DNA of 64,000 nucleotides from Grus americana (taxonomy: Eukaryota). The notes under the pieces were generated by a model. That model worked only from the letters and a program-made list of their open reading frames with translations, was not told the origin of the DNA and searched no databases. Location of the stretch: assembly GCF_028858705.1 (NCBI RefSeq), contig NC_072852.1:200324471-200388470 (forward strand), read 5' to 3'. The first letter of the stretch is position 1, and the number at the start of each line of letters is the position of its first letter. The position numbers and the translations under genes are program-made. Shown in pieces: positions 50,928 through 63,810 of the stretch.

Positions 50928-53516
50928 CTGAAAGACAAGTTACAATTACAGTTGCTATGCACACATAACTACAATATTAATCCAAATACTGTTTATTTGC
51001 AATTCATACTGGTACAATCCTAGAGTCAAAAGGAAACATTTAAAAACAGACAACCTTTTTGGACCGTATTTTAACTGAAACATCTAATTTAGAAACATGG
51101 TACCTCTGCACTTTGTCCACAGACAACAGAGAGAGCAGAATTCTCTCAGGTGACAGTTCAGCTCAACTAAAATACAGATATCTTCAGATTATGTCCACTT
51201 TTCCACAGTCACTACAAAGATATGAAGGTGATCCGGTGCCTAATGTTCTGTAGAGCTTCTAGCAGCACATAGGAGGTCCAATAATGGGACAAGTTCTGTT
51301 GTGGCCAACATGGTACAAACCCAAAGCTATCTGGGGTAAAAGCATTAAAAAAAGAAAAAAAAAAGCAGCTAGGCAGAATGCTGAATAATCATAATATGCT
51401 TTGGTAGCCTTATAAAGAATCACACATTGTTTTACTGCAATCATATATATGCTGAACATATATGTCTAGTTAGGACAAAATAAAAACATTTGTCAAATTT
51501 GAACAGAAGTCAAATCAAATAAAATGGTCGTAAGAGGCAGCGGATTTTGCACCTCTAACAGTTAACATTAAGCATGCAAGAACTGATGGACACAGATAAA
51601 CGAAAGGTTATTACATTAGAATGAAATTAGATCTACTTTACTCAGAAACAAGATGATAAATGCATGGTCTTTTATTTGTCACATATGGTAAAAGTGGAGC
51701 TTTAAAAAACAAGAGTGTTTCCCTGATCTAGCAGCACTGAGCCCTTATCTGTTCTGGGGTTCCCGTCTGGAGATAGATGAGACGCTTTCCAATCATAACA
51801 TAGCTTCTGAAGCTTGGGTAAGATTTACCCTGAACAGGTTGGCCACTTGTTAGCTGTTCTCAGCATCCTGGAGCTCACAAAATTTAGGTACTGAAATATC
51901 TCTCTTCCCACTGTATTTAAAAAGATTATTCAAAATACAGATTTCAATTAATACATATTTGTACTGCATTAACTCTTAGTTCATTTGCTGTTTTCAATAA
52001 TTAAATTCTTTTAGCAAAGCTTTTTTTAAAGCTTGTTGTTTTTAATTAGGCAATTTCCTTGACTTTTTTCCCCAAATCCTATCTGGAGATCAGCAGTTCG
52101 TGTGTCAACACATCTTGGAAGATCCTGAATTTACAGCACAAAGATATCTGTCACGTCTTTGGAATACTCTAGCTAGACTTTGATATGTTATTCTTCACTT
52201 TCTCTCCTAAACAGATGTGCATTGTCAGAGTCACCAGGAAACTGCTGGGCTCTGCATAAGATGATAACATACCTACAATATTCCTTTTCTTCACACACTC
52301 CTTTCCTTTTCCTTCAATGTCAACACCTTACTTATGCAGAATTTAAACCGCAGACTCTTGTGAACCACTTACACAATTTTTGATGTTTGTAAAATGACAG
52401 CCAACTATGGGAGCTATATATAGCAGTGGGATTTAAAGTAACTCACTCAATGTTATATTAGGAAATATTACACAAGAGAGGGAGAAATTAACTCACTTAA
52501 ACATACTCTTCTCCAAATTAAAAAAACTGTATATAGAGAATAAAAAAAAATTGAAATCATAATACAATGCATTACCCTTTCCCTAAGGTCAATTAGAAGT
52601 AAGCACTCTAATATGACAACATTCATGACCTTGCTGTAATTGCTAGCTATGGGAAGGAGGAAGTAAACGTCACTTTCTAGTGGCAGAAGTAACAAGGTAT
52701 TATGCCTCCACTATTAAGCTAGATAATGTTAGGTAATTCCCTGTCACTGGCACGTGAATACTTATATTGTTAAGGCATTAGCATGTCCCACGGCACACTT
52801 CAAGCTGCTGCCAACTCACATCCTCCCAGTTTCCAGGCGTGGTTTGGGAGACAGAATATCACCATGACTGTTCCTGTTAGGCAGTTTGTATGTGAACACT
52901 CAGTCCTGAAGACCAAGAGGGTTCAGCAGTATAGGTGTGGGCCAAGCCATGCCAGCTGGCCACGGTCCCTGCAAGCATTCCTAGGCATGTAATGTACCAG
53001 TATAGATGCAGCCCACTGATTTCACTGCTGTGCACATCATGCAAACAGGCTCCTTGATTTATCCATACTGCGTGTTCAACATATATTACAAACAACAAGC
53101 TGTATTTAAATAAAAAACCTGCAATATCACAGACTTCTAACTCTACAACCATCTTTTCCTCACTCTGTAATCAAAAGTTTGTGTTAACAATAACATAACC
53201 AAAACCCAATTCAGTGATGCATCTCATTCAGAATTTCTCTCATCCTCTCTGACAATGAGAGAAGAAAATCAGGATGGCAAATTTATCCAGGAAAAAAACC
53301 TCCCTGGTTCTTTTGTGGAGGGAGAATATTGCTCTTAATTTTTTATGTGACATTTCAGTACTACAGAACCAAATGCATTAAAAATGTAAACTGAATATTA
53401 TCTTTAAATATTGAACAGAGATATAATCTCTACAGTTCTTATTTCTCTACATGAGGGAAGATTAACACTCTACATACAACATTTGCATCTCTTGGTATTC
53501 TCCTACTTGTTGTGGT

Positions 53517-54047
53517 TTAACCCCAGCCAGTAACTAAACACCAAGCAGCCACTTGCTCACTGCTCTCCCCACCCAAGGGGATGAAAAGGAGAATGGAAAA
53601 AAACCCTCGTGGGTTGAGATAAAGAGAGTGTAATAGGATAACAAAGGAAGATGATAATAATAACAACAACAATAACAAAGTGATGCACAAATGCAATCGC
53701 TCACCACATGCCGAAGTAAAAAACCTAACCCACCCAATGCCAAGTCTGCAATCCCACCTCCTGGCTAGCTTCCCCAGTTATATAAGGAGCATGACGCGAT
53801 ATGGCAGGGAATACCCCTATGGCCAGCCAGGGTCAGCTGTCCTGGCTGTGCTCTCCCAGCTTCTTGTGCACCTGGCAGGGTGTGAGAAGCTGAAAAGTCC
53901 TTGACTTAGTGTAGACACAACAACTACCTAGCAACAACTAAAAAAAATTAGGGTGTTATCAACATTATTCTCATACTAAATCCAAAACACAGCACTATAC
54001 CAGCTACTAAAAAGAAAATTAACTCTAACTCAGCCAAAACCAGGACA
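53517..54047 (+). mobile_element. Solo-LTR-like element, copy B, same family and orientation as 49116-49662. It sits in PARP4 intron 2, ending only 34 bp from the exon-2 splice donor.
   Basis: Full-length similarity to copy A, TG...CA termini, and conserved internal blocks (atggcagggaatacccctatggccagccagggtcagctgtcctg; tccaaaacacagcactatac). Confidence 0.55.
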
Positions 54048-54081
54048 CTACTGAGATCTCAGAAATAAATCTGGAACTTAC

Positions 54082-54214
54082 CTTCTGATTAAGCACAAAA
54101 TTAACTACTCCACCGTTTTCTTTTATGGATGCTTTCAATCTACTCTTCTCCTGAATGGGTAAGTATTTTACTTTAATAAAGAACACACAGTTTGCAAAGA
54201 TTGCCATTGCCCTC
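54082..54214 (-). CDS. PARP4: PARP4 first coding exon (probable exon 2). ATG at 54207: MAIFANCVFFIKVKYLPIQEKSRLKASIKENGGVVNFVLNQK. The 7 nt of 5'UTR upstream of the ATG follow an acceptor.
   Basis: Matches the human PARP4 N-terminus MVMGIFANCIFCLKVKYLPQQQKKKLQTDIKENGGKFSFSLNPQ. The acceptor ttttctcttttaacag precedes GAGGGCAATGG and the donor is gtaagt. An upstream acceptor implies a non-coding exon 1 further 5' (the CpG island at 59 kb). Confidence 0.85.
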
Positions 54215-54740
54215 CTGTTAAAAGAGAAAAGTTTTTTGTTTTTTTTTTGGCTGAGAAAACTTTCATTCCCACTATCCACTTAAGTAGTCTCTCACCAAAT
54301 ATATTCTTTGCAACTCTAGGAAGTTCTAAAGCAAATCCCATTTTATTAGCATGGTAATCAAATCCACCCGGAACATCTCTTAATCAGTGTTGTTTTTTTT
54401 TTTTAAATTCTGTGGAAAATTTAGCATGACCTATGTTTTCAGTAAAGTCATGGCTTGAACTAAGAGCCAAACTCTTGTCTTGTTCTCTTGCTGCTAATAC
54501 CCACTTTTAGTAATGTGGAATTATCTTAATTTAGACTGGAACAAGCTCTTTCAGCTCCCCTTTCACATTGTACCATTACAAAATAACTCTTTTTCAAGAA
54601 TGTAAACTGCTTTTCATGTTTTCACTTACTGATTTATAATCTGTAAAAATATATATATGTATAAAAATATCCCACAGCATTTAAAAAGAACTTCGGAAAA
54701 CTGATCCAGATTAAACCCAACACAGCAACCTCTCTGCCTG

Positions 54741-54753
54741 CCCCCCCCCCCCC
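54741..54753. repeat. Poly(C) run (13 C) followed by AAAACC.
   Basis: Direct observation. Confidence 0.9.
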
Positions 54754-57700
54754 AAAACCAAGAGGCTAGTTTTAATCCAGATCTGTTTTCTGATTGAATT
54801 CACCCTCTGGCCTATGGCAAAGATTTACAAAAAGGAGTAGTATAGCAGTGCAAGTGATGGAGAGGTAGGGGAGAGATGCACTAATGCAATTGCTTAGTAG
54901 GGGGACTGCTTGTCTTCTCAGTGTCAACTTAAATTGTCTGTGAAAAAATGAATGAAAATCAGCTGTGTGTCATTTGTGACAAACTACGCTAAGATATGAG
55001 AAGTTGGGAAAGTTTTATTTAAACAGGAGTAGAATTTATGACAAGATATAAAGGCAGCATCTGGTTTAAGTGATTAACATGTATCATCAACGTGTATTTG
55101 TTTTCCTGGATGCCTATAAGCATGAAGTTATTTTAAAAACTGATGAGAACGATAATTATAGTGTAAATGAGAACACTATACAGAGCACTGAGCTCTTTAT
55201 ATTGCATATGAGCTCCTCGGCACGTCATGGGCTTTCTAGGGTTTCAGAGCCCTTCAGTGGTAAATGAATGTTCAGTGCAAGCTAGAGGGCCTTATGGCTG
55301 TGTGGGTTCAGACAGAAGCCAAAACCAATGCCCCCACACAGCTTATTTGAAGCACAGTGCTCAATTTGGGTTTCTCTGAAAGGCATTCAGAGGGTACACC
55401 TCAAAATCACTTTGAGAACTTAATCAACATAAGGTAGTTCTTGACAACCAAATGATTTGGCTTAAAATTGCATCGCTGCTCCAAGCCAAACTGCTAATGC
55501 AGACAACACTGCTAAAGCTACAGGAACTAGCATGAAGAGAACATATGCTTGTAAAACAAAATATTCGGGCCATTAATTCTTTTTACCAATGATTCTTTGT
55601 ATCCCAGTACACCATGTCCATATCTCATCCAGAGGGTTAGTATCAGTGCCACTGGTAAAGACTTTGGTCTTACTCTGCTTGTATTTCCGGAAAAGCTGCT
55701 TGATGATGTTAATTTTCCACAGTGACTTAAGGCCAAATAATTTTATTTGTGAGGTAACTGGACAAAACTGACAATCTAGAATATTTGACCTCTCCAAATT
55801 CATCCTGGACTCACAGGACGAGGCAAACCAAGTAAGAAATTGCTTGGAAAGTAAAGATAACGTGAAAGGAAAACAGTTCTTGTGTTAGCTAAAAATGTCT
55901 GATATGAAGTGCCCTCTCTCTTGGGGAGAACATTCAGAGCAAAAATGACCTTTCTCAAACTGAATGAGAGCTCCCACAGAGACTGCAAATTCTGATTAAG
56001 CTTCTATCCTCCCACTTCTATAAATAAAGGCTACAAAAAGGAAAGCAGATGCTGTTTGAACTACTTGTGTTCATTTAGCAATTCATATTTTTCTGCAATA
56101 TGTATGTGCAAATGAGGAAACATTTATTACAACAGTTTCTTTACTACTTTCGTAGGACTAAAGAATTTAATTACCTAATAGTCAATAGGTGGAGAGAGAA
56201 TCAAACGAGACAATAACAATGCAGAGGAAATGTTTAAATGACCCGGACAACAACACTTCACAATCTAATATAAAATTATTGTTTGATTAATTTATCAAGG
56301 ACCCAAATCTACAGCAGATGATTGGGAAGGTTTCAGATAAAAAAACTAAACAAAAACACATTAGCCTGAGGTAATTTTAGGGTGAGATTTAAAGTATGTT
56401 ACCTGTAGTACATTTAAAGAATGAGTTTATTTTCTTTCTCTATGGCCTATTTGATTTTCAATATATGCGAGTAAAGTTTTTCTTCAGTGCAGCAAAAAAA
56501 AGAATCAGATGGCCAGCTACTGTGGAATAATTTAAATTATTAGCTAAAAATAAGAAGTAGATAGTCAAGGAGAGAGCAACATAATTCTTTTGAATTTGGG
56601 GTTTCATGAAAACCTGGAAAATCAACACTATCAGACACAATTTTATACATGTCTGTGTAATTTTATCTCAGAAAGGTAATCTATAGGAAAATACAAATCA
56701 TGTATTGCACTATACACCTGACAGAACTGGCAACTCTGTAATGGTAATATGTACATGTAGGTCAGGCAGACAGCAGATCAAAGGGCACATCACATCATTA
56801 TATACCTATATTTTGTGGCTCGTTTTTGTTTTTTATGGCATTAGCAGTGCTTTTGGCATAAAAGTGCTCTCTGCTCACACAAAAGAACAACTCTCCATAT
56901 TTTAACTATCTGAAATGATAAAAATCTTCTATGATGCAGCCTTGTTATAACTTGGCTCTGTGAGAAACTGTACTTTTAAGCAGCTCTACTTTGTAGTACA
57001 AAGGCTTATTTTTAAGCTGGTTTTATCAACTTTATTTTTAATCACAAACAAGATAGATTAATTTGAGGCACATATAAGGGCAAGCGTGCCACTGCCAAAG
57101 GCTTCTTTAATAACCATAGCATAGATCTGGGCACTGCCTCCCTCTTCACCAGAGCTCTATGTGCACTAGTTTTCTCAATATATTCTCTAAAGCAGCTTCT
57201 GGATACTGCTAAAGTATCACCAGAAATTGTCTCTTCAGGAAATAATGAACTCCGTTTGCACAGCCAAAACAAAAAGTTTATTAGAAGGCAATGAAATATA
57301 TACCACCAATTGCAAGCATCAGGCCTGCCTATACATGCATATCTTATCCAGAAAACACCAGAAGCAACTGAAATTAGTAGCTACATGTGCTGCAAAACTC
57401 CACAAAAGTATTTTATATTACATTTGCCGCTAAGAACTGAGAAAAAAAATTCTTGCAAGAACTGATCTGTAAGTAAACCATAGGTCAGCCAGTAAGCAGA
57501 AAGGAATGCATACACTTGAGGGATTCATTTCCTCCAAGTCAGTTTGCAAAGACACCCTCCCTTCTCTGTTCCCAGCACGAGAGGTATTATATGACCCTGA
57601 TCCCACTTCTCTCTTTAGATTTTGAGGGAGCCAAATCGTTTACACTCACCTGCTCAGGCAGCTGCCCTCCTTGAAGGATCTTTCTGCTTCCACAACAGCG

Positions 57701-59447
57701 TGAGGTACAACTGGAGAGCCTGGGCGTTGTGAGCAGGAAGGGCTACAACACACTCATACCTCTCTGTAAAATACCCAAAGGGACAGCAACCCAGTCAAAT
57801 AAATGAACCAAGCAAAGTGCAGTCTACTGCCCAATAAGGAGCAGTAACCCTTGCTGCACTTGGAAGGAGGAGGAAATTGTCACTGTTAAAGCACAAGTGA
57901 ACTTTGGAATACCTGACAGAGAGCAGGAAATTGAGTTAAAACCTGTTCAAAGTCCGTCCCCAGCAATTCTTCTCTCCCTTGAGTGAAGAAGATTCTATTC
58001 TCTTTCATTGTTGAGGAATGCTACCACTGAATAGTAGCCTCTCCTCCCCTATTTTCCTAGAGAACCAAGGAATTTTAGCAGTGTTTGGCTTTACTCTTTT
58101 TGAATGGCAGAATTTCCAAAATTCAAAATCAGAATAGAAAACTATTGTATTTAGTCTGTGTATTGAGAATTAATTAGCTGCTGATAAATACTTTTATAAC
58201 TGGAATACTTTGTTGTTGCAGCACCAGACATGGAAGTTATGCAAAGCGGAACTGCTGACAACTATCACTGGTTTAATTCTTACAATTTTAATTTATGTTG
58301 GTGAAGATCCATAAGGCCCCAGTAGCCTCAAAGGATTTCACACAAGCTTGTGTTCATGATCAAACCACAAATTCAACACCATTGTTAGCAATGACATATT
58401 TTTAGTGAAGAGAGGGAGCCAAAAATATTTTTTTATTGTTCAACAATAGACCACAAATAATCTGTAGCCCTGTAAGGCCTTCAGTGTGCAGGTAAACTGA
58501 AAACAAACCTCTACAGTATGTTCCTACTAAAAACGTCAAAAAGACAGAATGTGATGCTGTGCTTTAAAAAAAGCACAAGTACAAATCCTTTTATTTTCTA
58601 GCACAGTAGCTTATCAGCGTTAATACAGAATCCAGTCTGAGGACAATTATGTAGCCAACATATACGTAGACAATGTATTCATAACTGGCAAAACCAAAGC
58701 GCGGGCAAGATGATGGAAAGTTTAGCAGAAAGAGCCCTGTGAACTACAGATAACAGCAGAAATTAAAACTGGTAGTAGGCAACTGAAAGGGATGCCCTGG
58801 GTTTATACAGCCTAAAGCTCCGTTCTGTACCTGCCCACGCAGCCTGCGACGTACCACAAGTTTTTGGAGTGGGGTGCTCTGCCACTTACTGGAGTTTAGA
58901 GGAAAACACTAATTTCGCTCAGTAAGACAGAGCATGCCTAATGCACAAAACGTCAGAAAGCCAGGGGATGCTTTCTGCCCATGTATCTTCCTGTTCCTCC
59001 CTTACTGCAGCTACTTAGAAATTAAAAGGGTATAAGCAGCCGCAATACCAGCGCACTAGAAGTCCAAAGCCTCACCCCCGCAGACAACGCCACACCGCGA
59101 AAGGCTTGCGGACAGCTCGCTAGACAAGGATCTTCCCACACACCATGCCGGGACAGCCGCTGAAGAGCGCTGCGCGGGTACGGCCTTCCGCCTCTTGAGG
59201 AGAGGCGCTGCCCGAAGAGAAACTCCGTCTCCCAAAAGGGCCACCAGCGGCAACGCGGAGAGGACCCGGGAGCCGCCTCCACCTGCGGGGCGTCCTCAAG
59301 AGCGAGGGGCAGGCCCGGGTACCTGAAAGGATCCCCACCGCCTCTTCCCGCCCCGACAGCCCCGAGCAGGAACCGCGGAAGCAGCGGCTGCGGGCGCACT
59401 ACTTCACTGTTGATGCCCGTCAACGGCCTTTTCGCCACCGAGGCTCT

Positions 59448-59467
59448 TGGGAGCTGTAGTTCGAGCG
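59448..59467 (-). promoter_or_regulatory. ZNF143/Staf-binding-site-like motif (ACTACAGCTCCCAAGAGCC on the minus strand).
   Basis: It matches the extended SBS consensus ACTACAAxTCCCAGxAxxGC (ACTACA followed by TCCCA). It is in inverted orientation relative to the second site 60 bp away. Confidence 0.45.
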
Positions 59468-59510
59468 CCGAAACAACGCCTCCCAGCTGGGCGGGGAAGG
59501 CGGTGGGTTA

Positions 59511-59535
59511 GAACTACAGCTCCCAGCATGCTCGG
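59511..59535 (+). promoter_or_regulatory. ZNF143/Staf-binding-site-like motif (gAACTACAGCTCCCAGCATGCtcgg) on the plus strand.
   Basis: Near-perfect match to the extended SBS motif ACTACAxxTCCCAGCAxTGC that is common in bidirectional CpG promoters. Confidence 0.5.
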
Positions 59536-61257
59536 CGCCGGGGCGGTGCCCAGCCTGTGGCGCCGGGAGGCTGTGCGATGGCGGCAGGTTTGTAATAGAA
59601 GGCGAGGGGTGGTGGGCAGAGTGGAGTGTTGCTGCGGAAGCGGTCTGAGGAGCGGTGTAGGTGCTGCTTTCTCGGTATCTGTGAGGGCCCGTGGGTCGGA
59701 GCTGTTGCGGTGCGGGTGCCTTGGGGCCGGGGGAGCGGCGGGACGCTTCACTCCTCTGTGAGGGCGTCGTGGTGCCGCTGTCTGGGGCGATGTCCGTGTT
59801 CACGGGGGAAGGGAGGCGCCGAGCCTGGCCCCTCGGCTCGGCAGAGGAGCGTAGCTGTGCTCGTTTCCTTACCGGCGACCTTCGGGGGATCCCTTCGTCC
59901 CTCCTCGCCTTCGCGGGGCGGGTCAGCTTCAGCCCTGCAGGCTCTTTCGGTTGGCACGAAGGCGCTGCTGCCCTTAGACTCTAGGGGAAGCTTTAAACTG
60001 GCAGGCTGCCACGAAAGGGTTTCCAAAAGGTGACAATAGAAGTAGCGTCTGAACCCTGTGGGCTTGAATTTGCCTATACCTGTACCTCGCCGGGAGACTT
60101 CCAGTGGCGCCTCAAAATTGCAGGCAGTTGAAAAACATTTTTCTAGGTGAATTTCACTATTTCTCCTAGTCAAAGTTTCAAACTCCGGTTGAAAGCATAA
60201 GCCCTTTTACCGCAGGGAAAATGAAGCGAGAGCTGGCATGAACCGATGATCTCTTGGGAACAAGGAAGCCCTAAGCAGTTATTTCCTGATCAGCAGGCCT
60301 GTGGAGCCTGGGCTGCTGTGCTTGTCTGTCCTGTGTCCCCTGGCCCCTTCTTTCCTCTCTGTTCCCTGTGACACGCCACGTGCACAGGCAGGGAGTGAAC
60401 TGCCCTGGGACTAGTGTGAGGCAGCAGGGCTGAGTGGTCAGGGTCTGGCTTGCCACATCAGCAGCAGTTCTTTTTTTCCTCCTAAGTGAGGAAGTCACTT
60501 TGGGTCTCCTACCTACCTGAATTCATTCATGTTTTATGACACTTGCAAGAATTTAGTTATCGCTGAAAGTTTTGCAGTCTTCAAACTTTCTTTTTTTTGG
60601 ATGGATTAAAAAAAAAGAAGCTGGTTGGGAGGAAGAACTAACAGGCGGCATGGTTGTAGAGTTTCCATGAGAAACTAAGGAAGACATGACAATAATAAGT
60701 GCTGCACTGAAACGTGCAGTAAAATGTTTGTATTTAGATGCACATATTTGAAACTTTCTGTTAATACGAAGGTCCTATGAGGGAAGTTTGTCTTTCAATT
60801 CCTCAAATCACCTCTCTTCTTTTGTTGCAGGCACTTTAAAAAAATTCCGAATCCCTCTCTGTACTCTTGAAGAGAATATTATACACAGCTTTATAATATT
60901 TGAGATAATACTAGCTGCGTTCAAATAAATAATAAGATTAAAAGTTGGATTATGTTGACTTCCTGTACAGAAAGTGTTTGTTACTAGTTGTCCAAATTGT
61001 TTCTATTGCCTAGGGAAAAGTAGATTGTGACTGATTTTTATAAATACACTAAGTTGGTTACAAGAGAGTAACTTTCTTTTACTGGGAGTCCGTTACTGTA
61101 GATTTCTTATTTTGTTTATCTGCTTAATTTCTAGGTGCTGAAAGTAGGTAACCATCCACACCAAATACCTGGAACTTTGAAAGTGTCCTAACGCTACATA
61201 ACGTAATATTGTTATGTTAATGCTACATCAGCAAATAAATTGGATACAATACACAAG

Positions 61258-61632
61258 ATGCCAACTGTTGAAGATCCGAGTAGTGAACAAAACTTCATCA
61301 TGCATTGGATGTCAGACAGTTCCCGTGCTGGAGTCTTATTAGATCCTAGTTTTACCAGTTTGAAAATCAACAAAGAAAACTTGTTATCTGGACCTGAAAA
61401 CATTACAGCTTTCCCTGCTGAAGTGTGTCTTTCAGACAGCTGTTCTGTAAGTGATGACTCCTTGTGTGAAGAGTCGGGCAGCTCTTGTACACTTCAGCAA
61501 TATACCACTGAAACATCTTTTCCAGCAGCAGCATATAACGTAGAAGCCTCTAAAACAGACTTTGTCTGTGGTGAAGTGGATGGCCAGAATAAATCCGATC
61601 ACAGTGACCCACTCTTACAAAAGCTTGAACAG
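61258..61632 (+). CDS. CENPJ: CENPJ (CPAP) first coding exon: MPTVEDPSSEQNFIMHWMSDSSRAGVLLDPSFTSLKINKEN...DHSDPLLQKLEQ. 125 codons, donor gtaaaag.
   Basis: Matches the human CENPJ N-terminus [44 protein letters not shown]...DPLFKKLEQ. An in-frame stop lies 54 nt upstream of the ATG, and an acceptor-like site (tgctacatcag) lies at 61230. Confidence 0.85.
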
Positions 61633-63686
61633 GTAAAAGTTCTAGAATTCCTTGACATACAGCAATTACATTGGTTTTTTGTTCCTGCATGTGATTTGTC
61701 ATACCTGGAAGTCAGCTAACTCTTTGCAACGTATAGAGCACAGCAAGCTTAAAGAGCAAGTCCTAAGTCATGGTTATGTGTGCATAAAAGTTGGCGTCCT
61801 CATGATGTGCAATTATTAAGAGTCTAACTTCAGTTGTTTCCAGCTGGCACAGTTTCCAGTTTAAAATGAAATTGCATTCAGTGGCAGCGTACTTGTTCTC
61901 AAAATCTTTTTACCTGGAAAGGTGCACATGGTTTTAGTGTTCCATTGTTTCTTCACTTGAAGCTGTGGAAATGGGGTGCTGGTCGTTACAGTGGTAGTAC
62001 TTTGCTGCAGATATTCACAGCATGGTGAAGTTGTATGTTCTTGTATCTATAGCAACACCTCCTGTTCTCACAGTAGGTGAGTACACAGTACACCCATATA
62101 CCTGGCTCTGTTTAGATTAAGAGAGATGTTACTGTTGAAAGTGATGAAGTGTCCAAGACACTGGGACAAAAGGGCCTGGAATTACAATGCTGTGATATTA
62201 CCGTTTTATTCCAATGCAAGCGTGTCAGTTAATCCACTGTAACTGGCTGTACGTTTTCTTGTAGCTCTTCCCAATTACTAGATATAAATTGTGTTAGCTG
62301 AAAGTGTACTTTTCAGAGGCACTTTTAATAGCTCTTGCTGTTAAGGATTAAGAACAAACTCACCTCCTTGTCCACTCTGCTGGCAGCTACCTCAGCACAA
62401 ATCCCTATGTCTGTTCATTCAGGTGGGGTGTGTGTGAGTCTCTAGACTAAAATTCCACAACTGGTGCCATGAAAGTCTTGTCCACTATTTTACATGATAG
62501 GAAAATATTTATTCACTTTTTCAGTATTGTCAGCAGTATCGAACAGTGGCTAAATGACAGATATTAGCTGATATTAATGGTATCTTAAAAAGAATTGTTA
62601 AGTCTCCTGTCTTAGAAAGTTATTGACAATCTAATATATAAAAATAAATCTGATGCTTGTAGTGGTGAATGTAGTTTTGGGAGTATGAGATTTTTTGCAG
62701 TTTTGCTTTCTGAGGATATTATCAGAACAGGTAGAAGTATAATTGCTTTAATAAATTAAGTGAAGGGGTTGGAGATGAGACTTAGGTGATCTTTGGATCT
62801 TGATCATTAGCTCACAGCTTCTACTTGCATAGTGCCTTCTGTTTTCACTGGAATTTTAAGGGACTACAAGGAGAATTCAAGGGGAATTTTTCTTGCCTGT
62901 TGGATGACAGCTGTGGTTCAATTGTTGATCTATGGAAGGATTTAATCAGGCCTCCTGTCTTTCCTTTGGAGGAGCTGGAACTAGCACACGTGCATGTGCT
63001 GAAGATACAGAGATGGGCACAGAGGTCCACCACTCATTGCTGTGGTTTGGTAGTACAGAATGCCTTGCCTTCATATGGCCCTTGAGGCAGGGCCAAGGAC
63101 TGCTGCTACACAAGAAAATGAAAACTGGATTACTAAATTTAATCAGTATTTTAATTCTTTTCTTTTTTTTTTTTTCCAGGCAGCTTCATGAGTCTTAATG
63201 TTCTCTGTTCTTTTTCCCCTCTCTTGGTCCTTTGTATCAGTACTGTTCACTGTGAGTGAGATCTTGGAGAAAATAACCCAACACAACCACCCACACGTTT
63301 TCTAAAGCTTTAATTATTATGAAGTATTTAACATTTTAATAAAAACACGGCATAGTGGAAGTTAATGTTAGAAGAGCAGAATTTGAATGTTTTTCCCATG
63401 CAGTAGAAACGAGTGTTCTGATTCCTATTGTTTGCAGATTGGTCAGCTAAAGACTAGTGGAACTGTTAATTCGGCAAAATGGAAATAGCATGCACATGTG
63501 CATACATAGAAAAAAAAACCCCAAAAATTGTTTAGCATAGCATTTCATTCTTAATTTCCTTCATGTTACACTTAGCTAATGGGACATCTTTAAAACAAGA
63601 AATACCTGTTGTCTTGATGACAGTAATCCTGTGGTACATTCTGAGTAAACCTAGCCTCTAATACATTTGGGGTTTTGTTTGAAAAG

Positions 63687-63810
63687 CTGAAGGAATTGCA
63701 ACAACAGAAACAGGAACAGCTAAAGAAACAACAGATGGAGCAACTTCAAAGGCTAATGGAAGAGCAGCAGAAGCTACTTAGCATGGTATCTGGCCAGACA
63801 GCAGTTCTTG
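63687..63810 (+). CDS. CENPJ: CENPJ next coding exon: [41 protein letters not shown](G).
   Basis: Acceptor ttttgtttgaaaag and donor gtaagt. Matches human [42 protein letters not shown]. The frame is contiguous with the previous exon. Confidence 0.85.

Larger units (their letters stand above)
5063..54214 (-). other. PARP4: PARP4 gene body: coding exons from 54214 down to the stop codon at 5063-5065. A non-coding exon 1 probably lies in the CpG island at about 59.0-59.4 kb.
   Basis: Twenty-eight minus-strand exons form one consistent reading frame across the splice junctions. Together they match human PARP4 from N-terminus to C-terminus (BRCT-like start MxxIFANCxFxxKVKYLP, PARP catalytic core TDGTRLLxxCDVALGxCxDL...YDSVHGV, VIT and vWA domains, large proline-rich exon, MVP-interacting C-terminus ...EWVRR...). 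Confidence 0.9.
58990..60000. promoter_or_regulatory. CpG island, a putative bidirectional promoter. CENPJ is transcribed rightward. The probable non-coding PARP4 exon 1 is transcribed leftward.
   Basis: Sharp rise in GC and CpG content. It lies between the 5'-most PARP4 coding exon (whose upstream acceptor requires an exon 1) and the CENPJ first coding exon (which also has an upstream acceptor-like site at 61230). Only GC-rich artefactual ORFs are present, with no conserved protein. Confidence 0.6.

Noticed and set aside
59022-60173. GC-rich ORFs in the second CpG island (59022-59438 minus, 59420-59803 minus, 59626-60033 plus and others).
   Set aside because: Same CpG-island artefact. They overlap one another on both strands, encode low-complexity Arg/Pro/Gly-rich peptides, and have no homology to PARP4 or CENPJ coding sequence. 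The region is better explained as promoter and 5'UTR.
61240-61257. ORF-track start MDTIHK upstream of CENPJ.
   Set aside because: That start is a TTG alternative start codon. The first in-frame ATG is at 61258, and it is preceded by an in-frame TAA at 61204.
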